Source: Pecten maximus | Lineage: Eukaryota | NCBI RefSeq assembly: GCF_902652985.1 | Contig: NC_047033.1 | Span: 20,894,001 to 20,958,000, forward strand | DNA: 64,000 bases | Direction: 5' to 3' | Shown: one piece after another, positions 1 to 13,264 of the stretch | Layout: each line of letters opens with the position of its first letter | How positions within the stretch are numbered: position 1 is the first letter of the stretch | Made by a program: the position numbers and the translations under genes | The notes under the pieces: model-generated | Databases searched by the model: none | Told to the model about the DNA's origin: nothing | What the model saw: the letters and a program-made list of their open reading frames with translations, nothing else

Positions 1-937
1 TGATATAATTTTGTTATCCGTGCTGAAACCCATTAGATCGTTAATTTATTTCACCAGCAGTTTTACATTATAACCACAACCACCAGTATTAAAACTATGC
101 CGTTTATCTTTTTAAAAGATATTTCTTGTTGTATTATCATTTTAGGGGTTTGACGTCTTTGCAACAGCCAGGGTCATATGAGAATATATATTTATTGCGA
201 AGTTTTATAGATACATAAGCGTGTGTATCAGTAAACTATAACAAACGCTTACTTAACTAGCATAATCTTTTGTAGCTGAACAGATATTTGCGAATTTGGA
301 TTCAGATAATAGAAAGTACTAACCTGATTGGTCAATATTATGGACATTTAAAACCGTGGCAGGTACCACTGTGAATCACAGTGTGAAGCTCATCACGTTT
401 TGTGCAAATTTAATGAACACCAGATGTCGCTGGACAAAACACGTTATACATATTCTAAGCCTAATTAGATAAACTATTGCCCGTTAAAGCCATTTCTCGT
501 GTTGTTCTGCAGTTTGATTAGATTCAACAAAATTAGGCGAAGGTCCTTGTTTTATGCCGAGTACAATAACAGCACCTTTTTTGACACCTTTCCTTGCCAT
601 GTCAGCAGCTTTGACATGGAAAACACAGACTAAGACACAAAATGAATGTCGAAATCAATAATTGGCGCAATTTCCTTCTTTTGTTAAACTGTAAATGCTA
701 GACATGTGCTGAATCCAAGCTTACTTATATTGTCACAGGAAGAAAAAATATGAATTGAGTTTCTGTACGTTAAGTTCGCCTCAGCATGTGTCCTTTGCGA
801 CTGAAATAGTCGCTTTTTACAAAACATCCTATTTAGTCGTGTATTCAGCAATCTCAAAAACGCATTAGAAACTGTTTAATTTACCTTATTTCAGCAGTGC
901 TATACTTCTCGCAGCAAGTAATATGAATATAAAAAAA

Positions 938-968
<31 letters not shown>

Positions 969-980
969 GAGAGAGAGAGA
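938..980. repeat. poly-G tract followed by short (GA)n
   Basis: 30 consecutive G (938-967) then gagagagagaga. Confidence 0.95.
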
Positions 981-2400
981 CACGAGATGACCCGATAATT
1001 TCTTTCGCAGGACATTTAACATTTTATCGCCAAATATGGAAACATGATTTATCTATGATGTGGTCTATTTTCTATTGAAATGTGATATTTGTCTTTTCGA
1101 TCTAGAATGGTGTACATGAAAATATTGAGTTCTCTCGTTAGATCTACAACAGTTTGGCTTCGTCTGCAATAAATTCCTTCTACAGACTCGTAAACTGACT
1201 TACGTATATTTCATTTCGCGATTTCACAAACAGTGTATATTTTACGATGAAAACTAAGACCGAGTATATTACGTATTACTGCTTCCGTGGGTTGGCTTTG
1301 TGAATAAATAATACCGAAATTAAGAAAATTATATTTGTTTACCCAAAGATTACAATCTTAAACTATTTAAAACCGCTTAAAATCATGGTAAATGTTCACG
1401 GGAATTTTACATTTTCGTGACAGTGTTAAAATCCCGTGAAAATAACAAAGCAGTAAAGTTCATTCGGTATACAGTACATATCAATATTAATGAATACTAT
1501 ATTCTGAAGTTACAGCAAAAACAATTACCAGAAACTGTCATTCCACATGATCAATCAATTTCATATTTCAGTTCCCCTCCGGTCAGTGCCCATAGTTGAA
1601 ACTGACAACACCGTTACACTACGTGCTTCACATTGAAGGTTCGCTGATATGAGATTCTGGTCTAAAATTTCCTTTATCAGAAATCAATCGACAAAATATC
1701 TGTCTGTATTCTTGTTTTGGTTTATTTTGAATTGTTTATAGTACTAACAACAGCTATGGTTTTTGTTTTGTTTTGTGCTGTTTTACGGTCTATCGACAGT
1801 TGAGCATTCAGCGCCAAGCTACAAAGAGAATACGTCAACAACAAGAAATACATTGATTTAAATTGATTTCTAACAACTCTCTTCTTCCTAATGTCTACCT
1901 TGACATTTACTGATTTTTGGTCTTTAAATGTCATTCGCCTCTGAGAGAAAGGCTGTTTGTTCTGTCTTTTGATAGGACGTTAAATAAAACAAACCAACGT
2001 TTGGTGACCTGCCTTTGATTGGGCTGTGGAACCTGCGTTCAATGTTTGTGTGTGACAGATGCTTGACTGGTTTGTTGCCTGCATTTATCTAGTCTGTGTA
2101 ACCTATATTTAACAGGAAAGCTATATATTGAGTGGTAAGTTCTCTCTTTTTACGCTACATATTATAGATTGTGTACATTTTGAGTATAGTACATCAATCA
2201 TATGTAGTATTTTTACTCTTATTGCCTTATGTTTTAGGGATGTGTATCTAAATAGTCCGCCATGTCGTACAAAATCAACACTCCAATCCACGTATACACT
2301 AACAATATGAACACTTAAAAACAAAATGCCGGGATGAGACAACAACGAATGTAATCGAGATGTAAACAACAGGAAGAAATTCCTGATTACAGCACAAATT

Positions 2401-2707
2401 GTACACACAGGAACAATTAGGACCTCTTAAAACATAGACAATATACAGTGGGGAGACAGTGCACACTAAGGAACAATAAGGACGTCTGAGACATAGACAA
2501 TATACAGTGAGGAGACAGTGTACACACAGGAACAATACGGACGTCTGAGACACAGACAATATACAGTGAGGAGACAGTGTACACTAAGGAACAATAAGGA
2601 CGTCTGAGACACAGACAATATACAGTGAGGAGACAGTGTAAACACAGGAACAATAAGGACGTCTGAGACATAGACAATATACAGTGAGGAGACAGTGTAC
2701 ACACAGG
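2401..2707. repeat. 59-bp minisatellite, about 5.2 copies, with alternating variants
   Basis: Unit acacaggaacaataaggacgtctgagacatagacaatatacagtgaggagacagtgtac repeats with period 59; it accounts for the repetitive ORFs at 2299-2795. Confidence 0.95.
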
Positions 2708-2906
2708 TTATTTCAGCTTTAGACAATTTAACCAGGATAAATGTACCGTTGAAATTGGTAAAACATTGCACTGTTGCCACTCTATCGATTAACATTTAAG
2801 GATACCAACATGTCGCAAGGTATTGATTAAAGACAAGCTAGCCATAAGGCGGTTGTTATCACTAAATAGATGGTGCAGACATCGCATTCAAGAGTGGCAC
2901 TTTCGT

Positions 2907-3003
2907 TGGTTTTTTTTGTTTTTTTGTTGTTGTTGTTGTTGTTGTTGTTTTTTTGGGAGGGGTTATTATTGTTTTTTGATTTTGTTTTTGTTTTTTGTTT
3001 TTT
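2907..3003. repeat. low-complexity T/G-rich, (TTG)n microsatellite
   Basis: tgttgttgttgttgttgttg core within T-rich sequence. Confidence 0.9.
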
Positions 3004-3799
3004 CCTAAGGCAAGTGACTATAACTAGTGCCTGTAATTACTGAGTAAAAAATACCTAAATGTATACAAAAACAAAACAATGTGTTGGATCCTACATCAAT
3101 GCTGTACATATGAACGTATGGAGAACGAAACAGCATAAGGAAGAAATCACATTTTCCCGAAAATTAAAGACAGTGAAATAGGCTGATTATATCATATACC
3201 GTGCGCTTTGTTGAAAACATACATCAAAACACTGTTAACATTGGCTGAGGCTTGTAAATTCTTATAACCTAGGGAACGTATTAACTTAAGGATATGTTTT
3301 CAAACTGTTTACTTTGACAGTCATAGTCCCTTTAATAATACGTTGCCCAGTATATGTATCAATACAAACGTTCTAGATTAGCTATGATAAAGGCAATATT
3401 GCGATTAATAAGATCAATTGTCTATTGTGCCATAGCTGTAGACTCGATCACTTGTCGGCTATCATTAGTGATACGGTGAGAGACATTCCTATTACCGATT
3501 ACACGCTGAAACACAAAGCTCGAATTGGTATTCCAGACGTATACTACAGATTTTAGGCGTAGACCACTTGCCAGCGTCCTTATAGATGAATGTGCCTCAT
3601 ACTTTTCTGAATACGAATGCGGAGATAGAAATTAACAATAAAAATGCCGTGTTATCATCAAATGAAATAGGTTGTCATTAACTAACTTAAAAACTGTTAT
3701 GTTATTATCAAACGCATTTAAAACATATAGAGAATTCCGTTGGGATAGAAAAAAAGAATAATTTGATGGATCCTCTGATCTGTGATTCAGACAATAGTG

Positions 3800-4255
3800 T
3801 CGTGTTGTATTGTTTAATGTTCTACCAAGAGCTTTGGTCATTTAAGGACGGCCTTCCATGTGTGGGTTTGGCCTGGTTTGTATTGTTTAACGTCCTATCA
3901 CTTAATGACGAACTTCTCTATGTAAGATCAGTATGAGTATAGTGAATGCGTGTGTGCTATGGGAGGCTGCAGTACGTTCGCGTTTGTCTGCTTGTGATAG
4001 CACGGAACTGATGTCGACTTTATAGTGCTATCTCACTGAAGCGTACAGCCGAAGGCACCCAGAAGGACATCTCTCCTGGTCACATTATACTGACAACAGG
4101 CAAACCTGTCGTCACACTGCCAAAATGCTTCGAGCTAAGCGTAAGTAACAACTTATTATTTTTATAGAATCTGGTACTGTACGTATCGGAAAGGGTACAA
4201 AACCCAAAGCATTCCTCACAATGACAAACATTCAACTTAAGGCTAAAATGACAAT
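3800..4255 (-). mobile_element. tRNA-derived Meta-domain-type SINE (degraded, tail duplicated)
   Basis: Colinear with the full-length copy at 38535-39057 (tail gtttaacgtcctat, core gactttatagtgctaNctcactgaagc, ggtcacattatactgacaac, head aacccaaagcattcctcaca). Confidence 0.8.
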
Positions 4256-5384
4256 GGGCACATGAACGTTGCCATGCGAAAAAAGTAAGAAGAAACCAAA
4301 AATCCAGTGTTTTAATTTTTTTTGCAATTTTCATCCGAAGAGGAAGTCAGGAATTTTTTATCAACTGTAATTAGTTAGCCTTATACAAACGGAGATCAAG
4401 AAAGTGGGAATGTTACTATCGAAAAATGGAATGATCACTATCAGGAAGCTGGAGTGTTCACGTCTACCATACAGCTGAAGTTTCATAGTGATCATAGTCG
4501 GTCTTGTTATTTGATCTTAACATTTATTGTAATTGCTATTATATCAGTAAACTAATTTGTATAGCACATTTGTAAATCACATATGTAGGGAGATGGCTTC
4601 AAGTAAGAGCGTACTCTTATGCCAGATTCCTGAACTTAAATTGTTGTACATGTATATATTGACCAATATGTTGTAAATATTTTGGCAATAAAATACTATT
4701 TAAACCAAGTTTCTTAACCCACAGCAGGTTCAACGGGGAATCATACGTTTAACCGCGTGGGTAAGTAATGGTATATAATTATACAAATTTATCTATATCA
4801 ATATTTTTTAATGATCAGTATCCCATGGTTTAGATATTTCTGCTATCCGTTGATTTAAGTTTACACAAACTTAAACAAGTCATCTCGTATCGACAATATT
4901 TTGTAACATATATTGTATGATGCATGAAATTATGTATACAATTTTATTTGCATAATTTGAACAATAAATCGATGGCCATGTGTCTATTCCGTGAGTTTAT
5001 AAGACGTTAGATCGTTGTTATTCGTTTTACGTTTGATACGATGATTCAAACGAAGTCTGGGAAATCCAGACACCATTATATACTTCTATTATATACTTAA
5101 CGAAATCAACCAAGTGTTCTCGGAACATGTCAGAGACATGACTCTGAAACTCGCGTGTAGATCACCTCGTTGTCATGGCAACAATACGAACGATTTGTCT
5201 TCAAGTAAACGTGACATTTCAGAAGATCATATTTGCAATAAGCAAGGAGCATTTTTTTGTAAATAAATAATTTTATGTTTTTCTTTATTTAAATTATTGT
5301 TTTTGTATCAATTGTTCTTTATGCACGAATCGCTCATTATACATTAATAAAAAATATTATGATGTTAACGTTACGTTTCTTTTA

Positions 5385-5610
5385 GAATTGTTTAACGTCC
5401 ATTCAATTTCGATGACGTGAGATGAACGCATGTAGTGTATATGTGTTTTTTTTTTTTGGGAGACTGCGGTTTATCTGTGTTTATCTTATTGTGATATCGC
5501 AACCTTACTGAGACATACTGCCAGCAGCATATACCACCTGGTCACTTGCTGACAAGACAACAGGCGAACCATTCGTCTCGCTACCAAAAATGATGAGCAG
5601 CATTAAACCA
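5385..5610 (-). mobile_element. Meta-type SINE fragment
   Basis: tgtttaacgtcc tail, gggagactgcgg, cctggtcac, caggcgaaccattcgtc, aaaatgatgagc. Confidence 0.65.
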
Positions 5611-6629
5611 TTTTTTCATGCATGCAAAAGGGTCTTTTTCGCATATAAATTAACTTTCTTGGAATCAACCACTTGTGACGATGATTTATTATGTGGTTTG
5701 TTGCCTGCGTTTTACGGCAACATTTACATGAATGGGTTTTCGTCCTAAGAAACAAGGAATACATGTATTCATGTTAGGAACTAATTTAATCGATTTGAAC
5801 TTCTAATCATTGTTTCGTTAATATGTCGGTACTCTCAGTGGTTATCAATAAAATGTTTAATCTCAGATTACTTGAGCAAAGAGTATAGAGGAAACAATAA
5901 AAAATATCTTAATATCGAAAAAAAAATCTTACATGCTTCTGTTATAATTAAGAAAAAAATACACAGACAAATAAATCTCAAAGTTAATACTTTTCTCAAC
6001 CGCTTGAGTGATTTTGTTCTCTTGTATGTATACGATTAATGAACTAGTCATTAGGGATTAATAAGCAATTTGAATGTAATATAAACAAGATTTATATTCT
6101 TAAAGTAACTCTAGAAGTATTATTGAATATGGTTAATTGAAAATGTTCAGGCATATTCAATGTAACTTCGAAACACCTACGCTAAGTATGATATTATAAC
6201 ACAGTAGTATATGTACTGGAACGCGTCACATGGTCGTAAAGGGACTTCTTTCCGGTCCCAAAATCATCGCGTTTAATGTGTCAACGGCAGGATCGTGACA
6301 TCACAGCTACATATACTGGGTTTGCTTGGTTTCGGTGTAATGTACAAAGGCACATAAAGTTGATGTTTTTTCTTTACAAAGATATCATAAAACCGTCATG
6401 GGAAACATGTAGTAATCGTTCTGTAATGATAACTAGTGATAGCCGTTATTGCTTTAAAGCATACTCTTATTGTATTGACGTAAAGCTTGATGCAATGAGG
6501 ATATTATTTGAGTCAGATCTAGGAAGCATGTTCCAGACATTCACTGACATTGTATTGTTAAATATTACCTTATCATGCCACAATGTAGTTCTTGTCTTTG
6601 AGTTTCTGTTTTTATACCACTTACCATCC

Positions 6630-6925
6630 TACCAACAGCTATGTAATGACGATTTATGCGTGTGGTGAGTGATGCTTGTTTTTAGAGGCTGCTATATGTC
6701 CGTGGTCGTCTCCTTGCAGAACTGACGCCGACTGGTAAATTGATAGTGCTACCTCACTGAAGCATACTGTCGAAGATACCCAGCAGGACGACCCAGTCGG
6801 TCACATACTGCCAAGCGGCGAACCCCCCAAAAAAATAATCAAACCCTTCGCGTAAGCATCTTATTATAGACTCTATACATCGACCAGGGGACAGAACCTT
6901 AAATCCGTTCCTACAAAGAAGACGC
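6630..6925 (-). mobile_element. Meta-type SINE fragment
   Basis: atagtgctacctcactgaagcatactgtcgaagatacccagcaggac...ggcgaacc...ccaggggacagaacc. Confidence 0.75.
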
Positions 6926-8583
6926 GAAGCAAATATAAAGGGATATTCTATTATTTTCAGAAATGTATTGAAATTTAGTAGCTTCTTATGGGGAGGCCGT
7001 CCTTAATTACCCATAGATGATGATAGGACGTTGAACAGTACGAAACAAAATCAAACACTCGAAACGGTTCCAGACTATAGAATACAACATTCAGTCAGAC
7101 ATCGAGATGTTATTATCATTAATATTCCCCTTCCTGTGAAGCTGATGACACTATACAAATGTAGGTTTCCTCCTCGTCCGTCTGTCTGTCCGCCGGTTCA
7201 CTCAGTTTTCCACACTTTTCTCTGTCATGCTTCAAGGTATGTTAGTAAAAGTTCATATGCAATTTAGTATGGGTAGCTACAGATCAAGATCGAGTTTGAG
7301 GGACTTTGGATATTATTACTACTTTAAGCGGGGCCGATAGGGGACATGTATTGGTTTAGCAATTCCCAGCATGCTATGCTTGCTATAATATTCTTAATGA
7401 TAAAGCAACACTCAACAGGTTATAAGGGCCAATATGTGGTAAGCTAAAAAAAACAAGGTTTCAAGCACAAAAATTATCAAATAAATAATATTAAAAAAAA
7501 AAAAAAAAAGCAATCGTACACAAACGCAAACACATTTAAAACATAAATGTGGCTATGGTAAGTCATATCATGTGGTGTAGATCGAAGGCTTTCAGGTGGT
7601 TTGTGAGCTATGATTCATCACAGAGGCCATATTTTTTCGATAGATGGGAAAATAAGTACCGGGTTAGTTTCAATTGAATTTCATACAATTGTCCATAATC
7701 TTTTATTTTGAACATAAGAGGTCTTTCGCTATATAACATAAACTTATGACAAAATAGATATGCATTAATTACAAAATATTCAATTTCTTTGAAATCTTTA
7801 TCAAGAAGGGAAAAGCTTACAATGCAAAACGTGAAAGTATTACTGTACGTAATGAGAACTGGGTATTGGTTAATACGGAAACAAATCATGTAATAAAAGA
7901 TGCATGTGTATCAACATAGAAATCTAGTTGTTTTTCGTATGAACAAAGAATGCTACAAAATGAACGTAATACAATAAAACTAATTCAACAGATAAAGACG
8001 TCAATCATTTAAACAACATTCATAACCGATATCCATACATATTTATCTTCGTGGAAATTCTTTCGCGGTTAGGTTGAGATAAATTCAATGTGAATTATTG
8101 TCTCCTTTAGCTATCTATTCTTTTAAACAACCGTCAAGGCCTAATGACGGTTACCCATACTTCCTCTTTTGGATATTGATATAATACAAGTGCAGTTCAC
8201 ACTTCTATAATCGGTATTTCCGGTTGTCTAAACCAATCCTAATATCTACACACCATTTCCAGGATGTGTCACTTTTTATCAGTTCGTTCTTGTATCCTGT
8301 CAATGCTTTCTGTCTAAAACATCTTTAGGGAGGGCCATGACGTGCTAATAAATTACAGATTTTAACTGTTGTTGCTTACTTTAAATTCAAAGAGATCAAT
8401 AAAAAGCAAACCTTGATTAAATGTATCGTTCCCCATAGATTGGTTTTGTTTAGTATAGCATTTTGTTCCTATCGACAGCTCATTTTAAGACGGCCTCCCC
8501 TGCGTCCGAGTTGCATGCATGTGGTATTGGTGTTTGAGTGTGAGTGTATATTGGGAGGTTGGTGTATGGTCATATTTGTCTCC

Positions 8584-8954
8584 ATGTGAATATTTAAGCA
8601 ATGGACAGCGGTTTTAATGTTTTTATTGTCGATATGGCAGCAAGATGTATGGTGGGCAAATGGCATACATGTAGGAACCCGTTAGGGTTCCCATGCTACA
8701 TTTGCCCACCATACATCTTGCTGCCATACCGACTATAACAACATTAAAACCACTGTTCAATGCTTAATATTTACATTGTCTTACACATTCCGTCAACTTT
8801 GAAAAAAACTGAATCAACAAAAAAATCCCGCCTTTTTTAATGTCATATGACCCACTGGGTGTTATAGCCTGAGGCACTGGGTGTTATAGGCGTATGGTGG
8901 CAACTGCCTCTTAGCATTGTGTCAATGGGGAAATGCGGAGCAAATGTAAATATA
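8584..8954 (-). mobile_element. hairpin-terminated non-autonomous element (Crypton-like class) with a 193-bp palindrome
   Basis: Near-perfect palindrome 8584-8776 centred on ggaaccc-gtta-gggttcc; body has cactgggtgttatag twice and gtatggtggcaactg, which echoes gtatggtgggcaaatg in the hairpin. Confidence 0.65.
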
Positions 8955-9701
8955 TGCCTAAACACCCCGGTAGAGTATAGTACCTTGCGTATTATTTTAG
9001 TATAAATATATACAAACCAAGCATTCGATGGATTGTGTGATATCATCTGTAACAAAAGTTTGGTAAGCATATAGCCACTGTACATATGTACATGTAATAT
9101 TTCCGCATTTGACCGTTGTTGTCTGGATCCAAAATGATATAATACCTTCTAGACTTCAACCTTAGACACTTGGCATCACTGACTAGAAGGACGAAGTAGC
9201 TGTATGATATAGTTAAAATATTTTGGCTCTATTGTAACCCTTAGTTTGTTTTGAAAGGTGCTAACATTTTTTTCTGTGACCTTATTCTTGTTTAGCGAGC
9301 GTGACATTAGCTGGGTTTGACTTAAGTTTGCACGTCGACTGTAGTTTGTGTAATAGAACCTAGAAAAGATTATCTTATTAATTCCCATAACGCTTTTAAG
9401 GAGTCGAAGTATCTTTTGTGCATTTTGCCCGGGTTTTATCGATTCTGATTTCGTTTTGTTTTGTTTTGTTTCATGGCCCTATATATCTTTTCTGTGAAAA
9501 GTATAAAAAAAAAAAACATACAGAAATTGTATAAATGTTCCCTCGACGGAACATCCCAGACTATTTAATCCTTAAATATTTTGCATTCAAATATGTATCA
9601 CGGCATATGCGAAAATGTTGTTTCCGTTTCGTAAATTAGTGCTGTTAAATATATAACCCTGGTAAATACTAGCCGCAATATACCACTCGGCTAGAGATAT
9701 C

Positions 9702-9774
9702 TTCTCTTTAGCTCGATCGGTTGAGTGTAAGACTAGTAAGCTAGAGGTCCCGGGTTAGATCCCTAGCGGGGGCA
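9702..9774 (+). pseudogene. tRNA-Thr(AGT)-like pseudogene or tRNA-derived repeat
   Basis: A-box tagctcgatcgg, anticodon loop ct-agt-aa, variable loop aggtc, T-arm ccggg-ttagat-ccc (B-box GTTCGA mutated); acceptor stem poorly paired. Confidence 0.6.
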
Positions 9775-9993
9775 GTGATTTATATTTAATTAATCATGCT
9801 CTCTAGCTATTACATACATTTAAAACATCGGTTGATAGTATAAGGTGAGTTGTCCTGCTGGATTTCTTCGACAATATTCTTCGACATATGTTCCGCGCTA
9901 TCAAAGGGGGCAAACATGAACATACTGAAAGCATCTAGATCACACACCAATTCACCACGTGCATGCATATCGCACAAATGAGAGGTCAACCTT

Positions 9994-10979
9994 TAATATT
10001 TATATTTCCACTTAATTCAGACTCGATGAACCTACCACAGTTAACTCAAGTCATTTTTCAATGAACTATATCAAGTCCGGCGTAGGAATACATTTGTCGA
10101 GCTTGGACTATACTTTTTAATTCCTTTTCAAAAGTGATCATATTTATATGAAATACATTCCATTAAATATAATATTTGTTTTAATTCCTTATTAAGTTTG
10201 TTCACGAAAGAAATCCTGAAAGTAATGACCATATGTAGACGAAGAATGATGACGTACATTTCGGTAAGTTCTGTTGTAGACTTGCACAAGTCCCTATTTG
10301 TCAAGGACAAAATATTATACAAAAATATAAATATAAGGATTGAATAAAGTTATGTTGAGGTGAATGGGGGTATAAACCTCAAAAAAATTATTAAATTTGT
10401 CTCAAGACATATTGAGGTTTATACAATGTACCCCATACACCTCAACATAACTTTATTCAATTAAGGATTGAATATAGTTATGTTGAGGTGTATGGGTGTA
10501 TAAATCTCAATAGGTCTTGAGACAAATTTATTATGAACTGCGAAACAGTTCATAATAAATTTGTTTCAAGACCTATTGAGGTTTATACCCCCATACACCT
10601 CAACATAACTTTTTTCAATCCTTATATTTATAAACAAAATTTGATATTTTTGTATAATATTTTGTCCTTGACAAATAGGGACTTGTGCAAGTCTACCACG
10701 GAACTTACCGACATGTACGTCATCACTCTTTGTCTACATATGGTTATTACTTCCAGGATTTCTTTCGTGAACAAACTTAATAACGGATTAGAACAAATAT
10801 TATCTTTAATGGAATTTATTTCATATATATATGATCACTTTTAAAAACGAATTAGAAAAATATAGTCCAAGCTCGACAAATGTATTCTTACGCCGGACTT
10901 GATATAGTTCATTGGAAAATGACTTGAGTTAACTGTGGTAGGTTCATTGAGTCAAAATTAAGTGGAAATATAAATATTA
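9994..10979. mobile_element. 986-bp inverted dimer of a hairpin-terminated element inserted in a SINE tail
   Basis: Arms 9994-10333 and about 10625-10979 are reverse complements (about 90% by eye); two internal hairpins (10334-10461, 10462-10624; loop ctgcgaaacag); flanked by ctt (9991-9993 and 10980-10982) splitting the SINE tail cctt|aaatgac. Confidence 0.85.
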
Positions 10980-11119
10980 CTTAAATGACTATAGATGTTG
11001 ATAGGATGATAGGATGTTAAACAATACAAAGCCAAAACAAAGACAATCTCTTCTTATACATGCTGGTATAAGCGGGCTGAAGATCGACCAATTTTGTGAT
11101 ACTATATTGTATCAGCATA

Positions 11120-11560
11120 TAATTATTTTTTCTTTGTTTTCATGGTAAATACTCAAATGTGATTGGTCGAAAAATTCTTTTCATTCTTCTATAATTAATT
11201 TTTCTTTGTTTTCATGGTAAATACTCAAATGTGATTGGCCGAAAAATTCTTTTTATTCTTCTATGAAAGAAATTCCGAGAATGGCGCGAAAAATGTGACG
11301 TCACAATACGACAATTGACGTTGCGTATTGATTTGAGAAAAAGAATCCCATTTAAAACCAGTAAAATTGTACATAAAACATGTTTTAAATTAGAAAATCA
11401 TTTTCAAAAATCAATTATAAGCGTTGATGTCAATTATTTTTTAGTTTCATCGGAGTATGAAACAAATTTTGTTTGCAAACTTCTGTAAGAATCCGCTACG
11501 CGGATAAAATTTGTTACATACCCCGATGAAACTAAAACAAATGACATCATTGCTTAGATA
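11120..11560 (+). mobile_element. hairpin-terminated non-autonomous element with duplicated 72-bp 5' end
   Basis: Tandem duplication 11120-11263 containing tgattgg; gtgacgtcac; terminal hairpin about 11419-11557 centred on atcc-GCTACGC-ggat (11495-11501). Confidence 0.7.
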
Positions 11561-12237
11561 GACAATATTTCTTCGGAAGACTAGGCCAGGACAAAATGTA
11601 TTCTACAATTGTGCGTAACAAAACTACTGAATTACATGATCATATTCAAATGTCTTTCTTTTGCCATGAATGAGATTGTTCTAGATCAGATAAAAAGGAA
11701 TCGGAAGGGAAAGATGACACAGAGTAATATCTATGCAGTGCAATCAACCAGAAAAGCTAATAGGTCAACTGCTGTGTTGACATTTCTGATTGACACGTTT
11801 TCTCATCCAGGATTGACTTGGATAATTACTATATTTTGATCAGCTCGAAATGCCTAGAAGTACAGTGACACGAGATTATCAGAAAGATCCCGACCTCCGG
11901 CATAGGAAAGAAACCCGTGAGACAATTAGATAGACGTACAGGAAGAACAGCGGACAAATTAATTCTGGAATAAGACATTTATTCTAGGCATTTGTTTGTA
12001 CTACAATTGGCAAGAGAATGATTATTGTCCATTGTCTGCAAAAATGGTGTTTGAGGAAGACTCCGGTGTTGTGCCATGGTTGTAACAGGATCTCGCGTGA
12101 ATGATATTGATGACTTGTCTAAAATATTTGAGTCCACCACTTAAAAAAAATATAAGCATACGGTCGGTCATGTAAATTGTTTGTTTCAAAATTAGTTTAT
12201 AACATGTATATATATGTACATCCACATAAATCATTTA

Positions 12238-12620
12238 AAACAAGAGTCCCATGGCCGTTACTGTTACCTGAGTTCTTGAATAGTTTTGAGTAAATTTGAC
12301 CCTTTAAGATGCCGCCTATGGGCGTCAGTCATGACTAACGTGTATACTATCAAACTGCTATCCAATACTAACCAATATAGAAGTTATTCAAATAGAAATT
12401 CAACAAATGATAGCCAAAACTGAGATTTCCTTGTATAACTTGTAGCCAGGGGCCAGACTCTTCTATCTATGAAAGGTATTTGATTCTATTTTATATGGGT
12501 CATGAGACGAAGATTTTAGAAAGTCAATTTGACCCCTTTTCGCCCCAACCCTCAGTACATGTAGTTAAAAATTTAAAATGTTTTCGGACGGAAAACGCAT
12601 GACGACGAACAAAAGATTTT
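12238..12620 (+). mobile_element. Helentron/pearl-like non-autonomous repeat (degraded)
   Basis: Starts aaacaagagtcccatggcc...acctgag and ends with a ggacggaaaacg...gacgacg microsatellite-like block, the layout I recall for bivalve Helentron-associated repeats. Confidence 0.5.
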
Positions 12621-13204
12621 ATTATACCTCATGTTTATAACAGTGCCTGTGATTAGCCGAAACGCATCACGGGGAAGGGGAACAAAACATCATATCTCCC
12701 TGAGGCGCGTGAGCCAGGGAGACAAATATCATATCTCCCTGGACCGCGTGCCCCCATGGTGACCCCCATATTCTGTTGCGAGGAGTTGTCTCTCTTCCAG
12801 TTATTTACAAATAGCAGACGAACAGAAACGCAAACATTTTCTTGCTGTCGAAGAAGAAGAAATAGATCAAATTCTGCAAAACAAGATTGCTCAGAACACG
12901 AAAATATCAACAAATATACACGCCAACTATTTCCAAGAGTTTCTAAAAGAAACTGTCAATAACACCTGGAATCGTATCAATTCAGCGACAGGGGTTTGTG
13001 ATGACAATGATATTTCATATCTTCAGTTTATTTTTGAGTATCATCATCATTACTGATTATTTTTCGGTATAATAAACAATTTATGGCCCTGGTTTGTTTA
13101 CCCTCAGCTCTCATATTTCCGTCGGGCAAGCCCTCGGGAAATATGATACCTTCGGGTAAACAAACCTTCATATTACCCTCATCCAGGGCCATAAATGCAT
13201 AATA
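12621..13204 (+). mobile_element. Crypton-like non-autonomous element, family A copy 1, with tyrosine-recombinase N-terminal fragment
   Basis: 5' attatacc; 12810 onward reads IADEQKRKHFLAVEEEEIDQILQNKIAQNTKISTNIHANYFQEFLKE; 3' hairpin tttatggccctgg...ccagggccataaa; near-identical reverse copy at 46201-46797. Confidence 0.75.
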
Positions 13205-13264
13205 TAAGGCCGCTTCTTGAAATAATGATAAACATCACTACGGTTACTCGTATCCTATGGTACA

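Noticed and set aside
2401-2707. Regularly spaced repeats resembling a CRISPR array
   Set aside because: Whole 59-bp units repeat with no unique spacers, no cas genes, and the context is eukaryotic
9702-9774. Functional tRNA-Thr gene
   Set aside because: Acceptor and anticodon stems are mispaired and the B-box is mutated; kept only as a pseudogene or repeat
10128-10844. Two similar ORFs on opposite strands suggesting duplicated genes
   Set aside because: By-product of the 1-kb inverted repeat; no coding signature
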